DNA of 64,000 nucleotides. Origin: an uncultured Pseudomonadota bacterium (lineage in GTDB: Bacteria > Pseudomonadota > Alphaproteobacteria > Rs-D84 > CACZYB01). The translations under genes were made by a program, and so were the position numbers. The stretch is from the NCBI GenBank assembly GCA_902785275.1, contig CACZYB010000002.1, positions 99,495 to 163,494 of the forward strand, read 5' to 3'. Numbering within the stretch: the stretch's first letter is position 1; every line of letters starts with the position of its first letter. Positions 59,287-64,000 of the stretch are shown in pieces. The notes beneath the pieces were generated by a model. The model saw nothing but the letters and a program-made list of their open reading frames with translations, did no database searches and was not told the DNA's origin.

Positions 59287-60489
59287 ATGAAATATATAAA
59301 TAGTGCCAGAAATGTTTGTATAAATGATTACAATATTCTTGTTGCGACCAAAGGTCCTTTGACTTCTCTTCAAAAGGAAAAACTTGATTCTGTTTTTGGT
59401 ACAGCTGAAATACTTTCTTTTAATAATTATGTTGAATTTAAGGATTTTGTTGATTATAAAAATACAAGATTTCTGAATTTAAAAAAAATTGAAGATAACA
59501 TAGAAAATACAATAAATATTCCATCTCCTGGTGAGGTAAAAGAAATTCTTTTTAAACAATTTGATAAATCAAAGTATAGTTTTACTTGTTTTAATATGTA
59601 TGAGAATATTAAAAATTCAATTCCAGATCGTTTTAAAAAATTAGGATTAAATATTTCGTATTTTTTTAAGATATTTGAAGCCGATGCAAACAAAAGTTGT
59701 AGACCTTTGAGTGGAACAGATAAAGGTGGTCTTTTTTATTGGAATAAAAATAAGGTTGAAGTTGCATTTCCTGTTCTTATATTTGATAAAAAAATAAAAG
59801 AATATGATACTAATCTTCTTAGTAGTCTTTATTTTGATTCATCATATATTTTGATTCACGAACTTAAACATGCATTTAATCATCATAATTTTATTAATAC
59901 TTTGAAACATAAAAAAATTTCTCCTTATGATTATCTTAGATTTTTTAAATATGATGAATATTCTGCTGAAATGGAGAAAATTTTTTATTATATAAATACA
60001 AGAGAAATGAATAAGAAAGGATTATCTATTTTTAAGTATAAAAGATTTGAAAAATATGTGGATAGCCATCCTAATTATTTCGAAAATTTACCTGAATTTG
60101 TAAATTTTGTAAAACATGATTTAGAGGAAACTTTTTTTAAGTTTAACAGTCATGTTTATACTGAAGATTATTATTTAGAAAATGTTGCTGAATTTATACG
60201 TACATTCCCTAATTATTTTTCAAATAAATCTGATGATGGTGTATATGAAGCATTGAAAAAAAATTCTTTGTCATTTGAAATATTTAATCCTAAAAAAGGT
60301 AAAGTGGAAGTTGTCGATTTATCATCCTATTTTAAAGATGAAGATCTTTCTTCTAAAGAAAAATATATACTTGATAAACTATTTAGAAAAGTAAAAAATG
60401 CAGTGAGAGAATTAAAAAAAGAAACTTCGATTTCAAATAAAACTTTAAAGATTTTGGCAAATGAATTAGATATGCTAATACAGAAGTAA
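59287..60489 (+). CDS. Hypothetical protein with HExxH zincin-like motif
   Basis: LIHELKHAFNH followed by DEYSAE; GAGG RBS; TTGACA upstream. Confidence 0.6.
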   Translation: MKYINSARNVCINDYNILVATKGPLTSLQKEKLDSVFGTAEILSFNNYVEFKDFVDYKNTRFLNLKKIEDNIENTINIPSPGEVKEILFKQFDKSKYSFTCFNMYENIKNSIPDRFKKLGLNISYFFKIFEADANKSCRPLSGTDKGGLFYWNKNKVEVAFPVLIFDKKIKEYDTNLLSSLYFDSSYILIHELKHAFNHHNFINTLKHKKISPYDYLRFFKYDEYSAEMEKIFYYINTREMNKKGLSIFKYKRFEKYVDSHPNYFENLPEFVNFVKHDLEETFFKFNSHVYTEDYYLENVAEFIRTFPNYFSNKSDDGVYEALKKNSLSFEIFNPKKGKVEVVDLSSYFKDEDLSSKEKYILDKLFRKVKNAVRELKKETSISNKTLKILANELDMLIQK

Positions 60490-60521
60490 CACTAACTCAA
60501 AAGCTTGCATCTTATGACATT

Positions 60522-60842
60522 GTGAATAATGAGATAAATCAAATAGTTAATGGAGTCGTAGATTTTGCAAACAATATGGGTAAATACTTTGATAGTTCGG
60601 ATTTTTCTTTAAAAAAGGAAATTTTACAAATTTTAATTCCGAACTCTTTATTGTATTCAAAAAAGTTAGTATTATCAATAACTAAACCGTTCGATACTAT
60701 GCTAAAAAGTAAGAATTATAAAGTATGGTGCACGATATTACGTGACTTCCGAGCTAATAATTGGCAAGAATTACTTAGCTTATATAATAAAATAAAACAC
60801 TTTCAACAAGAGTATGAAAAAGAGCAAAAATTAAAAGTTTAA
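60522..60842 (+). pseudogene. Possible C-terminal remnant of a large serine recombinase
   Basis: KKEILQIL..N..L..KKL.....KPF...W....DFR resembles recombinase C-termini; no catalytic domain and no clear RBS. Confidence 0.35.
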
Positions 60843-60851
60843 CATTTTAAA

Positions 60852-60949
60852 GGGGGAGTACCCTAGAAGGGGAACCCCGGGGATACCCGATGGGGGAGAG
60901 GGTGCCTGCTACCTGGTATCTCGGATGTGTGATGTGGACCTGGAGCCCT
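60852..60949 (+). other. GC-rich non-coding patch with five G tracts
   Basis: G5 60852-56, G4 60869-72, G4 60879-82, G5 60892-96, G3 60900-02 in an AT-rich background. Confidence 0.7.
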
Positions 60950-61312
60950 AACAAAAATAATGCTTAATTTTGGGAAGGCCCTTTACGCGAGAAAAGATTT
61001 TTTAAAAGTCAAAAATTTCACTAGATAACAAAAAAATCTCTTTATTTATTAGTAAAATCAAACAGTTATAAAAAATATCAAAAATTTATTAAAAAAAGTC
61101 GGAAAAGTTCAAAAAAAATCTCAGTTCTATATATAGTATAGGCCCTTTTTTGGTCAACGAAGAGGTGGCGTGGATGCCTAATCGGATTATTGCAAATACT
61201 ATATGAGAAAATCTATAGTAAATTTCTTTTATACTTTTAATATAATTATAAATAATATATATTAATAATAATTAAATAATACTAACTAATACACATAAGC
61301 ATAAGCAGACAA

Positions 61313-61894
61313 ATGCAAATAAAGAACATAAGAAGATATAATCATTCATCACAAAATAACATACAAGCTAAGAATATTGCTAGTGTATCAGATTGGCTTA
61401 CAACAACCATAGACAGTAAAAGTGTATTTGCTAGTATTCGTTGGTATGCAAATCCCCCTACTACAGATAATCAGCTCATAAGTCGTTTGCATAATGTATT
61501 TAATAAGTTGTTTCAAGAATTATTAGGTAGTCATTGGTTTAAGACGTATAAAAATCATTTTAATTTAGTGGTAGTAAAAGAGTTAGGTAAATCACATACA
61601 AACTATCATTCCCATATTGCTTTAGGTATTAAGAGTGATAAGTTTACAATAAATGATATAGTAAATGCGTTTATAAAAGTACAAGATAAAGTAAAAGCAG
61701 TAGTATATGTAAAGACAGATGCCGAAAAAGTAAATCTCCCTGATACATATCCTGATAATATAGTAATATCTCCTGTTTATTATGTAGGTGGAATATCTGA
61801 ATATATAACAAAAGAGTTTAATATAACTCAAAATGAAACTATGTCATTTGCAAGTGCAGAAAACCTTATTTTTGATTATCAAATATTCAATTAA
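61313..61894 (+). CDS. HUH endonuclease (rolling-circle Rep-like)
   Basis: WLTTT (motif 1-like), NYHSHIAL (HUH motif 2), EYITKE (YxxK motif 3). Confidence 0.6.
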   Translation: MQIKNIRRYNHSSQNNIQAKNIASVSDWLTTTIDSKSVFASIRWYANPPTTDNQLISRLHNVFNKLFQELLGSHWFKTYKNHFNLVVVKELGKSHTNYHSHIALGIKSDKFTINDIVNAFIKVQDKVKAVVYVKTDAEKVNLPDTYPDNIVISPVYYVGGISEYITKEFNITQNETMSFASAENLIFDYQIFN

Positions 61895-61932
61895 AACAAC
61901 CATAAATAAGCGTATTTTGTGTTTATATAAAT

Positions 61933-61975
61933 TATAAGCCAGAACTGAAATCAATCAATTCTGGCTTGTTTATTT
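61933..61975. terminator. Hairpin/terminator between convergent genes
   Basis: AAGCCAGAA...TTCTGGCTT inverted repeat. Confidence 0.6.
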
Positions 61976-61990
61976 TATGTTATAGAATAT

Positions 61991-62305
61991 TTAGTATTCT
62001 TCCGCTAGCATAACAGTCATTACTCTAATGGTTTTAGTTATATCAGTTGGGTCGTTTGAATAATAACGCAAATCCCTATCATAATAATCAATTTTCCACA
62101 TTATCTTTTCACCATCATACTCAAAACTTCCGTAGTCATGCTCATTGTATGGGTCATTCTTACTATTAAAATTATTGAAAGTTTTAACGCTGTTTAATAT
62201 CTCGTTTATAACAGCTTGTCCTTTACTGTAAATACCTCTTGTTAACATAACTTTACCACCTAAAAGGCTTTTACGGAAGTTATCATTTAAAGTCATAATA
62301 TCCAT
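61991..62305 (-). CDS. DUF3768 domain protein
   Basis: NDxFR, NDPYNEHDYG, WKIDYYD, RVMTVMLAEEY. Confidence 0.88.
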   Translation of the reverse strand: MDIMTLNDNFRKSLLGGKVMLTRGIYSKGQAVINEILNSVKTFNNFNSKNDPYNEHDYGSFEYDGEKIMWKIDYYDRDLRYYSNDPTDITKTIRVMTVMLAEEY

Positions 62306-62307
62306 TT

Positions 62308-62619
62308 TTATATCCTTACAATTTCAGTTACTACAACATGACCACGTTGTTTTTCTGCTCTACATGCATTCATTGCATCACGAAGTTTATAATAAATTGT
62401 TGGACGCAAAGCTTGTTTTACTGATGTATGGCTTCTATTACCATAAGCATATTTATCTCCAGTTTCATATTCAGGAAGAATGTTAGCAATATTAGCAACC
62501 AATGTATCAAGAGTGATATTTTCCTGTTTACAAAGTCTTTCAATTCTGCCTTCATAATCTTTAGCAGTGTTGATTTTATAGTTGTTTTCGATTAACCAAT
62601 TTTGAAATTTTTTAAGCAT
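62308..62619 (-). CDS. Hypothetical protein with integrase SAM-like N-terminus
   Basis: FQNWLIENNYKINTAKDY pattern; no catalytic domain. Confidence 0.45.
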   Translation of the reverse strand: MLKKFQNWLIENNYKINTAKDYEGRIERLCKQENITLDTLVANIANILPEYETGDKYAYGNRSHTSVKQALRPTIYYKLRDAMNACRAEKQRGHVVVTEIVRI

Positions 62620-62891
62620 TTTTAAACCCTTTCATTTTTTGTTTTACATATATAATTATGTCGCGTTGTTTTGGGTTTGTAAGCGAAAAAATGCACAAAA
62701 ACACAAGAAAAATGGCTAAAAACAGCACTTTTATGCAACTTTTCACATAAAAATACTCAATTCTGCTTAATTTTTGGAGATTTTAATTATTTGTTATCTC
62801 TAAGTATTAACAAATATTTCAGTAAACGTTTTCTATCCAGGAATGGTAGGAAATAAAGATAAAATACAAAAGTGTTTTATCTAGGAATGAA

Positions 62892-63854
62892 TTAATACTT
62901 CTTATTCAATTCCCAATTCCATGCAGTTTTGATTATATCTTCCATGGTATGTGTTGGGTGCCAGCCAAGTATTTCTCCGGCTTTCTTGCTATCGGCACAA
63001 AGGATTGCTGGATCACCGGCACGACGTGCCTCGAATACTGTTGGACAAGGTTTTCCTGTTACCTTTTCCGCAATCTTGATTATTTCTTTTACACTTGTTC
63101 CGGTGCTTGTCCCAAGGTTTATTACTCCACTAAACTTTGCAATATTTTCAATTGCAAGACGGTGTGCAAGAGCTAAATCTTCAACATGGATATAGTCACG
63201 GATGCAAGTACCATCTGGTGTATCATAGTCGGTACCGAATACCTTAATATTTTCCCTATCTCCCTTTATTGCTTTTAATACAAGTGGAATAAGGTGAGTT
63301 TCAGGATTGTGGCTTTCACCTATTGTGCCATCTGTTGAACAACCACTTGCATTAAAATATCTTAGTGCGACATAGTTTAAACCATAGGCAGTACGGTAAT
63401 CAGCAAAGATTTTTTCAATCATTAATTTGGTCCAACCGTATGGGTTGATTGGTGAAGTTTTGTGTGCTTCATCAATGGGAGTATATTCTGGATTTCCAAA
63501 TACAGCAGCAGTTGAAGAAAATACAATATTTTTTACATTGTTTGCAAGCATTACATCAAGCAAATTTATTGTACCAATAACATTGTTACGATAGTATTTT
63601 GCTGGATTTTCAACACTTTCACCAACAGCGATGAAAGCGGCAAAGTGAATGACTGCATCGATTTTATATTTTTTGAAAACACGGTCGAGAGAGTCTTTAT
63701 CAGCCAAATCTGCAATTTCAAAATGAGGTGTTGTAACAGCCTTACGATGACCCATAGAAAGGTTATCAGCAACAACAACTTCGTATCCGTTTTCAATCAA
63801 GTGTTTTACAGTGTGTGAACCGATGTATCCTGCACCACCCATTACCAATATCAT
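62892..63854 (-). CDS. galE: UDP-glucose 4-epimerase
   Basis: GGAGYIGSH, HFAA..AVGES, YGWTK (YxxxK), LRYFNA, DGTCIRDYIHV. Confidence 0.96.
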   Translation of the reverse strand: MILVMGGAGYIGSHTVKHLIENGYEVVVADNLSMGHRKAVTTPHFEIADLADKDSLDRVFKKYKIDAVIHFAAFIAVGESVENPAKYYRNNVIGTINLLDVMLANNVKNIVFSSTAAVFGNPEYTPIDEAHKTSPINPYGWTKLMIEKIFADYRTAYGLNYVALRYFNASGCSTDGTIGESHNPETHLIPLVLKAIKGDRENIKVFGTDYDTPDGTCIRDYIHVEDLALAHRLAIENIAKFSGVINLGTSTGTSVKEIIKIAEKVTGKPCPTVFEARRAGDPAILCADSKKAGEILGWHPTHTMEDIIKTAWNWELNKKY

Positions 63855-63874
63855 TTTATACTCCTTTGTTAGAT

Positions 63875-64000
63875 TTATATATTACATTTTTTCAAAATCT
63901 CTTCAGCAGTTTTTTTATTTCTTTCCTTAAATACTGACTCTTTAAGTAAAGTATAAAGAAGTGCTTCTTCGTATCCTGCCAATGTTCCACAATCAAGATA
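63875..64000 (-). CDS. galU: C-terminal fragment of a sugar-phosphate nucleotidyltransferase, probably GalU (runs off the window)
   Basis: Minus strand reads YLDCGTLAGYEEALLYTLLK...CNI*, similar to the GalU DCG..GY tail; adjacent to galE. Confidence 0.6.
   Translation of the reverse strand, partial: YLDCGTLAGYEEALLYTLLKESVFKERNKKTAEEILKKCNI

Larger units (their letters stand above)
40360..62700. mobile_element. Mosaic genomic island downstream of tRNA-Lys; boundaries approximate, no intact integrase seen
   Basis: Begins at a tRNA 3' end; switch to AGA/TTA-rich codons; defence, mutagenesis and mobile-element genes; internal direct repeats. Confidence 0.7.

Noticed and set aside
61125-61145. 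TATAGTATA as a CRESS-virus nonanucleotide origin
   Set aside because: Does not match NANTATTAC and lacks a flanking stem
62308-62619. Intact integrase for the island
   Set aside because: Only 103 aa with no tyrosine-recombinase catalytic residues
659-63796. Many short ORFs in the track that overlap or lie antisense to long genes (for example 659-904, 7702-8097, 26096-26563, 32877-33335, 34887-35279)
   Set aside because: Shadow frames of well-supported genes, with no recognisable motifs
1-64000. CRISPR array, cas genes, reverse transcriptase/retron/DGR, rRNA
   Set aside because: No regularly spaced repeat-spacer array or diagnostic motifs were seen; the repeats found are two-copy only

Overview
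AT-rich bacterial chromosome segment, most likely from a host-associated alphaproteobacterium. This is inferred from the AddA, EnvC, MreC-MreD-PBP2-RodA and DUF3768 gene types and a GAAC-N7-GAAC LexA box. Positions 1-32.4 kb are mostly housekeeping: efp, MATE, RNA methyltransferase, csp, polA, era, cca, envC, mreCD-mrdA-rodA, mnmE, glgP, addA, rnhB, slt and a U32 protein. Positions 32.9-36.3 kb hold a Chlamydia-type arginine/agmatine operon (aaxB-aaxC-aaxA). Positions 36.8-38.5 kb hold three orphan genes behind a leader that folds like a phage P1 C4 / P4 CI antisense RNA. After mltG and tRNA-Lys(UUU), a mosaic accessory region runs from about 40.4 to 62.7 kb. It contains (i) defence-like genes (HrgA/COG2958, KAP NTPase overlapping a Zn-ribbon/HEPN gene, DUF4379 zinc fingers, GIY-YIG/DUF4357), (ii) a LexA-boxed Y-family polymerase-YolD cassette inside a 33-bp direct repeat, (iii) an operon with an upstream Fur/Zur-like operator (regulator, CooC-like ATPase, Y4yA PLP enzyme, CysK-rhodanese fusion, SufS-like desulfurase) bracketed by a 41-bp direct repeat, and (iv) a decayed mobile module (recombinase remnant, G-tract patch, HUH endonuclease, DUF3768). 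galE and partial galU end the window. The best candidates for undescribed systems are the metal-regulated sulfur/PLP operon, the C4/CI-like RNA switch and the KAP-HEPN pair. All family calls come from motifs recognised by eye; no database searches were run.
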